This document shows, one piece after another, positions 50,768 to 60,847 of a stretch of DNA of 64,000 bases (its first letter is position 1; every line of letters begins with the position of its first letter). The stretch is taken from the NCBI GenBank assembly GCA_045803545.1, contig JBJMOW010000005.1, positions 320,001 to 384,000 on the forward strand, read 5' to 3'. A model generated the notes under the pieces. That model ran no database searches. It was not told the origin of the DNA and worked only from the letters and a program-made list of their open reading frames with translations. The position numbers and the translations under genes were made by a program. This DNA is from Gemmatimonadaceae bacterium (GTDB lineage: Bacteria > Gemmatimonadota > Gemmatimonadetes > Gemmatimonadales > Gemmatimonadaceae).

Positions 50768-51260
50768 TCGGATCAATGCGTAAGAGGACCTGGCCGTATT
50801 CGACTGGATGCGCGTTGGACGCGAGAATTTCCTTCACCACTCCATCAAACTCCGACTCGATCTCGTTCATGATTTTCATCGCTTCGATGATGCAAAGGAT
50901 CTGTCCTTTGCTGATGCGATCACCGACTGCGAGGTACGGTTTTGCCCCGGGCTCCGGAGCGCCGTAGTAAGTCCCAACCATTGGAGACTTCACTTCCAGG
51001 TATTTAGACTTGGCAGCCTCCACTTTTGGAACATCTGCGGCCGTAGAGCCCGAATCCGGGGGGGCAACGGGCGCCGGCGCCACCGCGGGTGGCAAAAGGG
51101 CCGGCATCGCCATCGGCGCCGCCATCTGCAACGCACCCCGCTGCTGCGGAGTCTTGGAGATCCGAATCTTCATCCCCTTGTCCGACGAGATCTCAATCGA
51201 GTCCACACTCGATTCGTCGAGCATTTCCACCAGCTTCTTTACGTAGCGGAGGTCGATCAT
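50760..51260 (-). CDS. accB: Biotin carboxyl carrier protein
   Basis: SPMVGT and EAMKIMNE biotinylation motif. Confidence 0.97.
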   Translation of the reverse strand: MIDLRYVKKLVEMLDESSVDSIEISSDKGMKIRISKTPQQRGALQMAAPMAMPALLPPAVAPAPVAPPDSGSTAADVPKVEAAKSKYLEVKSPMVGTYYGAPEPGAKPYLAVGDRISKGQILCIIEAMKIMNEIESEFDGVVKEILASNAHPVEYGQVLLRIDPNG

Positions 51261-52345
51261 GCGACTTCCATCAGTTCGCGTGGAAAATCCGTCAATATTT
51301 CGGGGCCGCTGCTGGGGAGGTACACATCGTCTTCAATGCGCACTCCGCCCCAGCCGGGTTTGTAGATGCCAGGCTCGATGGTCACGACGGCGCCCGCACC
51401 AAGCGGCGCTTCGGCCGTCTTCGCCAGACGCGGTGCTTCGTGCACCTCGAGACCGAGGCCGTGACCCAGGCTGTGGCCAAAGGCATCGCCATAGCCCTGG
51501 TCTTCGATGTAACGGCGCGCTAGTCCATCCGCCTCCTGGCCCTTCATGCCGGCGCGAACCGAATTCGCGGCAACAGCGTTGGCGTGACGCACGATCTCGT
51601 ATATCTCTTTCTGTTCTTCGGTCGCGCGACCGACGACGACGGTGCGTGTCACGTCGGAGCAATAGCCTTTGTACTGGGCGCCAAAGTCGAGCAACAGCAG
51701 ATCGCCACGTTCGATTACGCGCGACGACGCCCGCGCATGCGGCAGCGCAGCACGAGGACCCGACGCGACGATGGTCGCGAACGGAAAGTCCTCGCTCCCC
51801 TGATCGCGCAACGCATGCTCGAGTATGCCGGCAACATTCAGCTCGGTCATTCCCGCGCGCACCTCGCGCAGGGTTTTCCCGAGTGCGGTCGTCGCCATCA
51901 GGCCGGCCTGTCGGATCAATGCGACTTCATCGGCGTCCTTCGACTCACGCAGGGCTTCGACCAGGTTGACTTGCGGGCGCCATTGCCAGCGCGTCCCCTC
52001 GGTGAGCAACCGCTGGAAATCGCGATGCAGCAGGTGCGCCGATTCGAATCCGACGATGTCGACGCCGCTGAGAGTGGCGCCGAGATTCCACAAGCCCGTC
52101 CACAGGCTCTGAGCCTCGATCCGAGCAACGACGATGTCGCCTACTTCCTCTTTGATCTGCTCATCGTAGCGGAAATCGGTGATGAAGTGCACGTCGCGCT
52201 GCGTGATCAGCACCAGCGCGCTGGTGCCGGAGAAGCCGGTCAGATAGCGAACGTTGGGCAGACTGGTGAGCACCAGGGCATCGATGTGCGCGGCAGTCAA
52301 CGCGTCTCTGAGCGCTGCGATGCGCGCGGGACGACGATCAGCCAT
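51257..52345 (-). CDS. Xaa-Pro aminopeptidase (M24)
   Basis: Creatinase N-domain, DFGA, SDVTRT, HSLGHGLGLEVHE, TIEPG, VRIED. Confidence 0.93.
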   Translation of the reverse strand: MADRRPARIAALRDALTAAHIDALVLTSLPNVRYLTGFSGTSALVLITQRDVHFITDFRYDEQIKEEVGDIVVARIEAQSLWTGLWNLGATLSGVDIVGFESAHLLHRDFQRLLTEGTRWQWRPQVNLVEALRESKDADEVALIRQAGLMATTALGKTLREVRAGMTELNVAGILEHALRDQGSEDFPFATIVASGPRAALPHARASSRVIERGDLLLLDFGAQYKGYCSDVTRTVVVGRATEEQKEIYEIVRHANAVAANSVRAGMKGQEADGLARRYIEDQGYGDAFGHSLGHGLGLEVHEAPRLAKTAEAPLGAGAVVTIEPGIYKPGWGGVRIEDDVYLPSSGPEILTDFPRELMEVA

Positions 52346-52784
52346 TGGCGACCACCGGGAGCCTCTTCACCAAACCGCGCAACGCCAGCTCGTACCCGTA
52401 GGAGCCGAAGCCACAAATGACAGCGACAGCCACGTCAGCGATCGCAGAGCGACGTCGCTCCGGCTCGCGCGCATAGATGTTCGTTAGATGCACTTCTACG
52501 AACGGGATCTTTATGCCGGCCAGCGCATCACGAATCGCGAGACTGGTGTGGCTATACGCGCCAGCGTTCACCAAAGCGCCATCGGCGCGTCCACGCAGCG
52601 CGTGAATCGCGTCGACGATCTCCCCTTCTCCGTTGTGCTGCGAGAAAGTCAGCTGAACCCCGAGCTCTTTAGCTACACCCAAGAGATGGGCCTCGATATC
52701 GGCCAGCGTTTCCTTCCCGTACAGTTCGGGCTCACGCGTGCCGAGCAGATTGAGATTCGGTCCATTGATGATTGCGATTCTCAC
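52338..52784 (-). CDS. aroQ: Type II 3-dehydroquinate dehydratase
   Basis: NGPNLNLLGTREPELYG, NAGAYSHTS, EVHLTN. Confidence 0.96.
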   Translation of the reverse strand: MRIAIINGPNLNLLGTREPELYGKETLADIEAHLLGVAKELGVQLTFSQHNGEGEIVDAIHALRGRADGALVNAGAYSHTSLAIRDALAGIKIPFVEVHLTNIYAREPERRRSAIADVAVAVICGFGSYGYELALRGLVKRLPVVANG

Positions 52785-54619
52785 TCGCCGGTGAGTCCGT
52801 CGAGCCAGGCGCGGAATTTTGCGACGTCTTCTTCTGATTCCTGCGCCTGCGGCAGTCGCGGATTGACGCGCGGCGTCGGCATCGGTGGCGTCGGCGGCGT
52901 CGTGCGCGCGCCCGGAGTTCCGCTGAATGCTCCCGCCAATCGCGCTGCAGCACGGCTATCCGCGGGATTTACCTGCGCCCCGGCGAAGACGGCGTCGAGT
53001 GATGCACCCGCGGCGGCGCCACCCATGTCTGCGGGCGCACTGGGCGACGCGGACATTGGTGGGACTTCGGCGCTGCTCGGCGCCGCATTCATTGCGCTAC
53101 TACTGCCATAGTTCGCGCTGTTGCCGCCGCGGCCTGATGTCGTCGCTCCCGCGCGAGCCGGGCGACGCCTCCCCAGCGTTGCGAAGAATTCCTTGATCGA
53201 CGGCTGACGAGCGGCGATTCCTTCCGGCTCAGCGCGCGGTTCCTCGCGCGCCGGACTCTCGATCGATTCACGATGACGCGACGGTGGTGCGCCTGGAGGC
53301 GAGTCGATCGGCGTGCGGTCGTAGCCCGGAGCTTCCTCCGACTCCGATCCTCGAGAAGGAGTTGGAGCCTCGATGGATGGCGAGCGAGGCGCGGGGGTCG
53401 GTGGAACGGCTGGCTCGCCCGGATGCGCGGCGCGATCAGCGGCCTCGATCTCGGCGATCTTGTCTTTCAGTCCCTGGTCGTTCGGTCGCGACGCGCTGAG
53501 CTGGTAATAAACCTTGAGCGCGAGCTGGCGAAATCCCTGCTGCAGATAGAGCTGCGCCATCGTCTCGTTGACGAACGGCTCCGGCGATGGGCCGGAGAAC
53601 ATTCGATCTTCCTTGCGAGATTCGACTCGCTCATGCACGTGCGCACCCGGCGGCGGCGTCCAGGTATCGAGCGCGTCTTCGTCGTCCGAGCGGGAGCCGC
53701 GGGTGCCGGCCAGCGGAGATTCTACTGGCTTCCCCTTGAGACCTTCGGCGCCCGCCGGCTCTGGTTCCGGCGCACCACCGCTCAGGCCCTCTGCCCCTGC
53801 CGTCGCTGGTTCGACGACACTGTGTACGCCCTCGAGGCCCGTGGCGGGTGTCGGAATCGAGCTCTTGAGTCCTTCCGCCCCCAGACCGACGCCAAGTTCT
53901 TCTGCGCTTAGCTCGCTCCGGTCAGCAGGCGTCTCTGCTCCGGGTTCGGCCGACGCCGCGGGAGCCGATTCTGATTCGACAGGGTAGTGCCGCTCGAGAC
54001 CCTCGATCGCGGACACCGGCGTTGGAGCTTCGAGCGCAGCTGGTTCGGGCGCCCCGGGTTCCTGTGCAACCGGTTCGGGGGTTGCTGCTTCGGAAGCCGC
54101 AGCCGTGTGTGACTCAGCGCCAATTGCATTCCCTTCCGCATCGGCGATGAAAGGGATCGGCTGGTCACCGGCATCAGTATCGACACCCGGAATGACTTCC
54201 GCTGTCGGTGTGACTGCTTCGGCCGACGCATCGATCTCCGCGACCAGTGTTACAACCGCCGTATCCTTTGGATCTGCATCGAGCAGTCGCATGTACCAGC
54301 TGCGCGCCTGGACCGTGTCGCCGCTCTGGAGCGACATGTCGCCAAGCGTTCTCAGCGCGATGAGATTTTCCGGGTCGAGAGTGAGCGCGCGCTCGAACAC
54401 CTGTCGCGCCTCATCGAATTCGCCGGCCTCGTACAGCGCCTGACCGAACACGATCTGTCCGCTCATGTGTCCCGGCATCTGCGCCAGCTGAGCGCGACAA
54501 ATCTCGATTGCGCGCCTCGGCTGACCGCCCTTGCGATACTCGTTGGCGAGTGGCGCGAAGTAGCGGCGGGGATTCTCTTCGAATTTTTCCTGTAACTCTC
54601 TTAACCGATCGTAATCCAT
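52781..54619 (-). CDS. TPR protein with long acidic/Pro-rich disordered region
   Basis: N-terminal TPRs (FAPLANEYRK...), internal NETMAQLYLQQG TPR and a C-terminal FRAWLDGL motif. Confidence 0.8.
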   Translation of the reverse strand: MDYDRLRELQEKFEENPRRYFAPLANEYRKGGQPRRAIEICRAQLAQMPGHMSGQIVFGQALYEAGEFDEARQVFERALTLDPENLIALRTLGDMSLQSGDTVQARSWYMRLLDADPKDTAVVTLVAEIDASAEAVTPTAEVIPGVDTDAGDQPIPFIADAEGNAIGAESHTAAASEAATPEPVAQEPGAPEPAALEAPTPVSAIEGLERHYPVESESAPAASAEPGAETPADRSELSAEELGVGLGAEGLKSSIPTPATGLEGVHSVVEPATAGAEGLSGGAPEPEPAGAEGLKGKPVESPLAGTRGSRSDDEDALDTWTPPPGAHVHERVESRKEDRMFSGPSPEPFVNETMAQLYLQQGFRQLALKVYYQLSASRPNDQGLKDKIAEIEAADRAAHPGEPAVPPTPAPRSPSIEAPTPSRGSESEEAPGYDRTPIDSPPGAPPSRHRESIESPAREEPRAEPEGIAARQPSIKEFFATLGRRRPARAGATTSGRGGNSANYGSSSAMNAAPSSAEVPPMSASPSAPADMGGAAAGASLDAVFAGAQVNPADSRAAARLAGAFSGTPGARTTPPTPPMPTPRVNPRLPQAQESEEDVAKFRAWLDGLTGE

Positions 54620-54809
54620 CGCCTTTTGGTGCCTATCTTTCGCGAACTCCCGTTTCACGCTCAGTTGCGGAAGCGAGAAAGATGCATCATTCCGGTCTTT
54701 AGCGCGACTTGCATCTAACTCACTCAAACCCGTATCATACAAGGCTATACGCCTTTTCGCCCTCGCGCACCGAGGGGTTTTTCAAAACGAGTAGGGGGCC
54801 GAAGCCCAG

Positions 54810-54842
54810 TCCCGCTTCCCGCCTCCCTCCTCCCGCTTCCCG
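54810..54842 (-). repeat. GCGGGAA-type heptamer tract
   Basis: tcccgcttcccgcctccctcctcccgcttcccg, upstream of the PPIase gene. Confidence 0.8.
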
Positions 54843-54859
54843 AATTCAGGAGTAGTGCC

Positions 54860-56689
54860 TTGCTGCAAGCGATGCGGGCCTCCGCAAAATACATCTGGAT
54901 AATCATCGTCGTTCTCTTCGTCGGCGGGTTCCTTCTCGCCGAGACGTCGGGCTTGCTCGGTCGAGCGCCAGTGACGTCGACCACTGCGGTCGCCAGCGTC
55001 AACGGCCAGGACATTCTCGCGACAACCTGGTACCAGGCAACACAAAATCTCGAGCAGGAAGCCATCCAGCGCAGCAGTCAAAGCATCTCGCTCGACGAGA
55101 GACAGCGATTGATGGATCAGGCGTACGACCAGCTCGTGACCGACGCCCTCCTCCAACAGGAGTACAAGCACCGCGGTATCACAGTTACAGACGATGAAAT
55201 ACTCCAGGCGGCACGCTACGCCCCGCCGCCTGGTCTGATGCAAGCTCCTGACTTGCAGACCGATGGACGCTTCGATCCGCAGAAGTATCAGCGCTTCCTC
55301 GCCAGTCCGCTCGCCAAGCAGCAGGGTCTCCTCTATCAGCTCGAGGCGTACTATCGGACGGAAATTCCAAAAGAGAAGCTGTTCGATCAGATCGCCAGCG
55401 ATGTCTACGTCACCGACGAGCAGTTGTGGCGGCGATACAAGGATACTAACGATTCCGCGCGCGTGTCCCTGGTCGCGTTCGAGCCGGATCGGATCTCGGA
55501 TTCCGCGGTGCGGGTAAGCGACGACGAGATTCGCTCGTACTACGACACCCACAAGAAGCAGTTCGATCGGCCAGGCAGCGCCAAGGTTTCCATTTTGACT
55601 ATCCCGCGCTCGGTGACGGCCGCGGATTCGGCAGCCGTGCGCAACCACGCCCTCGCAGTGAGGGCGAGAATCGTCGGGGGCGAGAAGTTCGAGGACATCG
55701 CGAAAGCTGAATCGGCTGATTCCGGTAGCGCGGCAAACGGTGGTGCACTCGGCACCAATGCGAAGGGACGTTTCGTCGCGCCCTTCGAGGCAGCGCTCGC
55801 TGCGCTCAAGCCGGGTGAGCTGTCACAACCGGTGCTTTCACCGTTTGGCTATCACCTGATTCGCCTTGACGGCAGAAAGGGCGACAGCACCACGGCGCAT
55901 CACATTCTCTTCCGCATTCAACAAAGCGATTCGGCGGCTACTCGCACCGATCGCCGCGCCGATTCACTGTCGCGCATTGCCGCGTCGACCGATCAGCCTG
56001 CGAAGTTCGACGAGGCCGCGCGCACGCTGCAGATCCCGATTCTGAGAGCGCCGGTGATCGAAGGGAATCCGTTGACGATAAACGGGCAATTCATTCCGAG
56101 CGTCGGCCCCTGGGCATTCGAGGGCGCGCGCCCCGGCGAGACGAGCGAGCTCTTCGACGCCGAGGACGGATACTATCTGGCGAGACTCGATTCGCTAACG
56201 CCGGGCGGAACGCAATCGCTCGACGACGCGAAGCGTGACATTCGCCAGTACTTGGCGCGACAGAAAAAGATCGACGCGCTGCTGCCGCAGGCAACGAACT
56301 TTGCCAAGGTCGCTGCTGCCGGTACTCTGGAGGGAGCGTCGAAGCTGATGAACATGCAGGTGGTGAGCACGAAGTTCTTCACGCGCGTCACCGGAACACC
56401 GGAGCTGGCGCAGGCGCCGGAAGCTGTCGGTGCCGCGTACTCGCTGCCGCTCAACACCGTGAGCCAGCCCATTCGCGCAATGAACGAAGTGGTGATCGAG
56501 CGTGTCGACGCGCGCGTGCTGGCCGACAGCGCTGCGTTTGAAAAGCAGAAAGGACAGCTGCGCGCTCAGGCGCTACAGCAACTTCGCCGACAGAGGGTGA
56601 CTGACTACCTGACCAATCTCAAAGCTGCGGCGAAGATCGATGACCGGCGGAAGTCGATTGAGGCTTCGACGCGAAGGGCGACGCAGTAA
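54860..56689 (+). CDS. PpiD/SurA-like periplasmic chaperone (parvulin PPIase)
   Basis: N-terminal TM anchor, SurA N-domain, FEDIAKAESAD-GSAANGG-LG...SPFGYHLI. Confidence 0.9.
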   Translation: MLQAMRASAKYIWIIIVVLFVGGFLLAETSGLLGRAPVTSTTAVASVNGQDILATTWYQATQNLEQEAIQRSSQSISLDERQRLMDQAYDQLVTDALLQQEYKHRGITVTDDEILQAARYAPPPGLMQAPDLQTDGRFDPQKYQRFLASPLAKQQGLLYQLEAYYRTEIPKEKLFDQIASDVYVTDEQLWRRYKDTNDSARVSLVAFEPDRISDSAVRVSDDEIRSYYDTHKKQFDRPGSAKVSILTIPRSVTAADSAAVRNHALAVRARIVGGEKFEDIAKAESADSGSAANGGALGTNAKGRFVAPFEAALAALKPGELSQPVLSPFGYHLIRLDGRKGDSTTAHHILFRIQQSDSAATRTDRRADSLSRIAASTDQPAKFDEAARTLQIPILRAPVIEGNPLTINGQFIPSVGPWAFEGARPGETSELFDAEDGYYLARLDSLTPGGTQSLDDAKRDIRQYLARQKKIDALLPQATNFAKVAAAGTLEGASKLMNMQVVSTKFFTRVTGTPELAQAPEAVGAAYSLPLNTVSQPIRAMNEVVIERVDARVLADSAAFEKQKGQLRAQALQQLRRQRVTDYLTNLKAAAKIDDRRKSIEASTRRATQ

Positions 56690-56712
56690 CTCCGTGACTG
56701 CGGACTGGAACT

Positions 56713-56857
56713 GAAAAAAAGGTAGGCAGTCGGCAGAAGCGCTGGGTGGAGTTAACAGCGTATGGTCGTAGTCGTATGGCGCTCGCCGCTACGAATGCCA
56801 CGAACGACGCTGCGAACTCCCAACTGCGCCACTCTGCTGACTCCCTACCTTTTTTTC
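56713..56857. repeat. ~140-bp hairpin element, copy 2 (possible bidirectional terminator)
   Basis: GAAAAAAAGGTAGGCAGTCGGCAGA...TCTGCTGACTCCCTACCTTTTTTTC between convergent genes. Confidence 0.8.
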
Positions 56858-56880
56858 CGTTCCAGTCCTCAATCCTTCTG

Positions 56881-57135
56881 CTACAAGAGCCTCTTGGGCG
56901 TCCTCTCGCTCTCATCGACCGTGCGCTGTCTCTCGATGTCAGGAGAGGTCAGGCGGTTCGAGGTATCTGACGTCTCTGACGTCACCTCGCGCGTGGCATC
57001 GTTGATGTTCTTCTTGAACTCACGAATTCCCTTCCCCATCGAGCCGGCGATCTCGGGGATCCGCTTCGCACCGAAGAGAAGCAGGATGACCACCATGATG
57101 ATGACGAGCTCGGGAAAGCCAAGATTACCGAACAT
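56881..57135 (-). CDS. tatA: Twin-arginine translocase TatA
   Basis: GFPELVII...LLFGAKRIPEIAGSMGKGIREFKK. Confidence 0.95.
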   Translation of the reverse strand: MFGNLGFPELVIIMVVILLLFGAKRIPEIAGSMGKGIREFKKNINDATREVTSETSDTSNRLTSPDIERQRTVDESERTPKRLL

Positions 57136-57143
57136 ATAGACTC

Positions 57144-57434
57144 CTAGAAGAGCGAACGCGCGATCAGATAAGCGACCACTACACCCAACAGACTCAAAAG
57201 TGACACATCCAGCGCGATTGGGCCAAGGGCAAATTTGAGAATAATCAAATCGACAGGCAGGGGGCCGATCGCCGGCGTCACTCCGGTCGTGAAAAACTCC
57301 TTGGCCGCGCCCGGGGGCAGGAAACGGCGCCCGACCTGGGTCAATAGCCCGCCGATTACAAAACCGGAGGCCAGCACCAGGGCATGAAACATCGACCCGC
57401 GCCGGTTGTGTCGGCGCGGTGGTGTCGGTGGCAT
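57144..57434 (-). CDS. Small membrane protein (DUF4321-like)
   Basis: Two TM segments with VDLIILKF-LG and SLLSLLG. Confidence 0.65.
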   Translation of the reverse strand: MPPTPPRRHNRRGSMFHALVLASGFVIGGLLTQVGRRFLPPGAAKEFFTTGVTPAIGPLPVDLIILKFALGPIALDVSLLSLLGVVVAYLIARSLF

Positions 57435-58489
57435 TACGAGTGTCTCTCCATGACGTACGAAATTGATGCTGACAGTGACTGCCGCGCTACGGTGTCCGGC
57501 AACTCGCCGAGCGCATCGTGCGCTTTCTCAGCGAACTCCTCGCCACACTGGCGAGCGAACTCGAAACCGCCGTTGTCACCCACGATCCCGACAACTGAAG
57601 CAATCTCCTCGTCCGTGGCGTTGTCCTTTGCGAACAGCCTCTCGACCTCGCCCCTCGCAGCAGACGACATTCGACGCAGCGCATGGATCAATGGCAACGT
57701 CACCTTGTGCTCGCGGAGGTCGAGGCCCGACGGCTTGCCGGTCGTCTCCTTCTCCTCGCGGTAATCGAGTAAGTCGTCTGTAATCTGGAACGCCATCCCC
57801 AGGTTCTCGCCGTAGGCGCCCAGTTGATCGACGTAATGTCGCGCGCCCGAGATCGCGCCCAGCTCGCACGCCGCGCGCATCAACGACGCGGTCTTCGACT
57901 TGATGAGTGCGTAATACTCGTCTTCGCTGAAGCGCAGTGGATCGCTCACACCTAGCTGGCGCATCTCGCCAAGCGTCATCTCCGTCGATGCACGCGTCAG
58001 CGCCTGCAGCGCCTCGAGGCTGCCGAGGCTCACGAGATGTGTCAGTGCGGTCGAGTACAGAAAATCACCCATGATCACCGAGATCTGGTGACTGAACAAC
58101 GCGTTCACTGTCGGCATCCCGCGCCGCAGCGCCGAGTGATCGACAGCGTCGTCGTGCACCAGCGTCGCGAGATGGATCAGCTCCAGCGAAGCGGCGAGCG
58201 AGACGGCACGATCCTCCGCTTTGCCTTCGACGTCGCTCGACAGCAACAACAGCGTCGGACGAAACAGCTTGCCGCGCATCGCCAGCAGATGCGCGCTGAC
58301 TTCGCCGACGAGCGGCATCTCGCTGGCGACGATGCTCCCCATCGCCCGCGATACCGCGTCCAGCTTCTCTCTGATTGGCCGTTGAATCGCGCTGAGGCTG
58401 ACTCCGCGCGGTGCGTCTACGTTCACGCTTTCAATATCTGTTGTCAGCGCCTTCGGTGTCAGTCCTTGAAAAGGCGCACCCGATGTCAC
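57434..58489 (-). CDS. Polyprenyl diphosphate synthase
   Basis: GKLFRP, LVHDDAVD-S-LRRG, FQITDDLLD, GKPSGLDL. Confidence 0.95.
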   Translation of the reverse strand: MTSGAPFQGLTPKALTTDIESVNVDAPRGVSLSAIQRPIREKLDAVSRAMGSIVASEMPLVGEVSAHLLAMRGKLFRPTLLLLSSDVEGKAEDRAVSLAASLELIHLATLVHDDAVDHSALRRGMPTVNALFSHQISVIMGDFLYSTALTHLVSLGSLEALQALTRASTEMTLGEMRQLGVSDPLRFSEDEYYALIKSKTASLMRAACELGAISGARHYVDQLGAYGENLGMAFQITDDLLDYREEKETTGKPSGLDLREHKVTLPLIHALRRMSSAARGEVERLFAKDNATDEEIASVVGIVGDNGGFEFARQCGEEFAEKAHDALGELPDTVARQSLSASISYVMERHS

Positions 58490-60822
58490 TTCGCGGCAGC
58501 CTTGGCCATCTGCTTGAGCCGCTTGCTCACATCGCGGAAATCGATGTCGATCGCGAACACCCGCTGGTAATACGCAGCAGCGTCACGCGGCTTCTTGCTC
58601 CCTTCAGAAGCAAAACCGAGCAGGTAGAGAACTCCGATCAGATCCTCGTCCTCCATACCCTGCTCGCGCAGCGCGCGCCCGAGGACGGTGATCGCCGTCT
58701 CGTTGTCGTTGCGATCGATGAAGCATTGGCCAAGTGCCTCATAGGCGCGTATGCGATGAGTCGCCCCGCGCAGCGCCTTCTGGAACTCGGCGATCGCTTC
58801 GTCGATCAAGCCCATTTCCTTGTAGGCGATGCCGAGGTCGTAGTGACTGTCGAAATCCTCATCGTCGACGTTCGCCGCGACACCAGCCTTGAACTTCTCG
58901 AGCATGTCGGTGAAGTCTGCCTGCTCGCCCTCTGCGCGATTGTGGTCTTCCTCTGCAACCATGCGATAGGAGCGCGGACCTCGATCCTCGCGCAGCCAAT
59001 CGCCAAGATCGACGAAATGCTCGTCGGGGCGCGGTGCACTCTTGTTCTCCTTGGGAGTCGCCGCGCGCGGAACTTCCGCCGGCGGTGTCGAAACGCGCTG
59101 ACCTGATTTCGGCGAGGGTGCTTTTGGTTTTCCCTTAGGCTTCATGAAGGGATTGATTCCCTGCCGCTGCCCACTCTGCGCAGGAGGTGGTGGCGCTTCG
59201 TCGCGCACCGGTGTCTTGGGCTTCTTCTTCGGGCGAGTGATGCGCAGCGGTGACGCGGCCAGCTTCGGCTTGGCCTTCGCGGCTGGCGCCTCTTCCTCGA
59301 GTTCCTCGCTCTCCTCTTCTTCCTCGATCTCCTCGGGCTCCTCCTCATCGACTGGCGGAGGCGGACGACGCTCGGCACGCTGCGGCTCGCGCAGCGGTGT
59401 CTTGGCCGCGGGTCTCGGCGCTGGACGCGCAGGCGCTGGTGGACGAACCGGCTCGGGCTCCGCTTCCTGTTCCGGCAGTTCGTCGCGAACCACTACTTCA
59501 TCGGGAAGTCCGGGCTCATCGATTTGAAAATCGAGGGTGTCGATTTCATCATGCGCCTCCGCGGGCGGCGCTTCCGCGACCGGCTCTGGCGCGAGCTTCG
59601 CGGATGCTTGTTCATGGGCGCTGAAGCGATCGTCCTCCAGCACGCTCAGACCGGCGAGAGGATCCTCGGTGCTGAGAGGCTCGCCGAGGCCGGGCTCGGC
59701 CGGATCCGACCTGAGCGGGTCTTGATCGCTAAGGCTCAAGCCGCTGTCAGCGGAAATGAGGCCTTCAATCCCACTGCCGCCGCCCGACTCCGCATCAGTT
59801 GCAAACGCCGATGCATCCGCCTGCGACTCCAAACCCTCGAGGGGAGACACGTCGACATCGCTCACACTCAAATCGAACGCGGGCTCAATCGCCGGTTCCT
59901 CGAGCCCAAGGGGCTCTTCCGCCGCAGCAGGCTCTTCTGGGGGCGCGAATTCTTCGGCGAGTGAGGTCGACTCGATTTCGAGGTGCGGAATCTCCACGAC
60001 CGCGGAAGGATCTTCGAACTCCGGGATCGCCTCGAACACTGGATCGGGCTGCACATGCGTCGGAGTCTTGGGCCGCGCGGGTGGCTCCGCAGGACGGGGA
60101 CGTTGTGCTTCGACTTTCGGCCTTGGCTTTGTTGGTGACCCGCCGACGTCGAGAAAAACGAGGCCACCCGAATCGCGACTCACCGGCGTCTTGGAGCGGC
60201 GCGGCTCCACAGCAGGATCGAGGCTGCGCATGCGCTCGATGGTCGCTTCCGCTTCAGCGGTGCGACCTTCGGCGTCGAGCGTTTCATGGAGGATCTGCAG
60301 CTGCTCGATTGCTTCTACGTTCTTACCGGCCTTGGCCAGCTGGTCGGCGAGCATCAGCCGAATGTCGTCCTGACCCGGACAGAGATCGGCGAATTCCTGA
60401 AGTGCTCTGAACGCGTCGGTGTCCTTGCCGGCGCGGTGCATTCGATCGGCGTACTCGAGGAAGTTTTTCTTGGCGTCGCTGTTGAAGCCTTTCTTGGCCG
60501 AGATCTTACCGAGCTTGTAGTAGATCTGGTGGCGCGCCGGCGCGTGGCGGAGAATCTTGTTGCAGAGGGCGATGGCGTTGTTGAGATATCCGCCTTCGGT
60601 ATAGAGATCGACCGCCTGCTCGTAATAGTTGACGGCCTGGTCGGTCTTGTTCAGTCGAAGATAAAGATCGCCGACCCGGTTAAAGACCGTAACGTCTTTT
60701 TCCTCGTTCGCCTGCGCCTCGGCGTGCCCAATGATCTGCAGGTAGACCTCGAGGGCCTTGTCGAACTGCTTCTTCTGCTCGAACTCTGCAGCTTTCTTTT
60801 TAAGCTTTTCGACGTTGGACAT
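58486..60822 (-). CDS. Large TPR protein (N- and C-terminal TPRs, acidic linker)
   Basis: N-terminal TPR array and C-terminal DSHYDLGIAYKEMGLIDEAIAEFQKA...DIDFRDV. Confidence 0.85.
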   Translation of the reverse strand: MSNVEKLKKKAAEFEQKKQFDKALEVYLQIIGHAEAQANEEKDVTVFNRVGDLYLRLNKTDQAVNYYEQAVDLYTEGGYLNNAIALCNKILRHAPARHQIYYKLGKISAKKGFNSDAKKNFLEYADRMHRAGKDTDAFRALQEFADLCPGQDDIRLMLADQLAKAGKNVEAIEQLQILHETLDAEGRTAEAEATIERMRSLDPAVEPRRSKTPVSRDSGGLVFLDVGGSPTKPRPKVEAQRPRPAEPPARPKTPTHVQPDPVFEAIPEFEDPSAVVEIPHLEIESTSLAEEFAPPEEPAAAEEPLGLEEPAIEPAFDLSVSDVDVSPLEGLESQADASAFATDAESGGGSGIEGLISADSGLSLSDQDPLRSDPAEPGLGEPLSTEDPLAGLSVLEDDRFSAHEQASAKLAPEPVAEAPPAEAHDEIDTLDFQIDEPGLPDEVVVRDELPEQEAEPEPVRPPAPARPAPRPAAKTPLREPQRAERRPPPPVDEEEPEEIEEEEESEELEEEAPAAKAKPKLAASPLRITRPKKKPKTPVRDEAPPPPAQSGQRQGINPFMKPKGKPKAPSPKSGQRVSTPPAEVPRAATPKENKSAPRPDEHFVDLGDWLREDRGPRSYRMVAEEDHNRAEGEQADFTDMLEKFKAGVAANVDDEDFDSHYDLGIAYKEMGLIDEAIAEFQKALRGATHRIRAYEALGQCFIDRNDNETAITVLGRALREQGMEDEDLIGVLYLLGFASEGSKKPRDAAAYYQRVFAIDIDFRDVSKRLKQMAKAAAK

Positions 60823-60847
60823 TTATAGGGGCAGCCCGGGCAACGAA

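Noticed and set aside
54745..55648. Minus-strand ORFs containing REAGSG-type peptides
   Set aside because: Antisense to the PPIase gene; the peptide merely reflects the heptamer tract.
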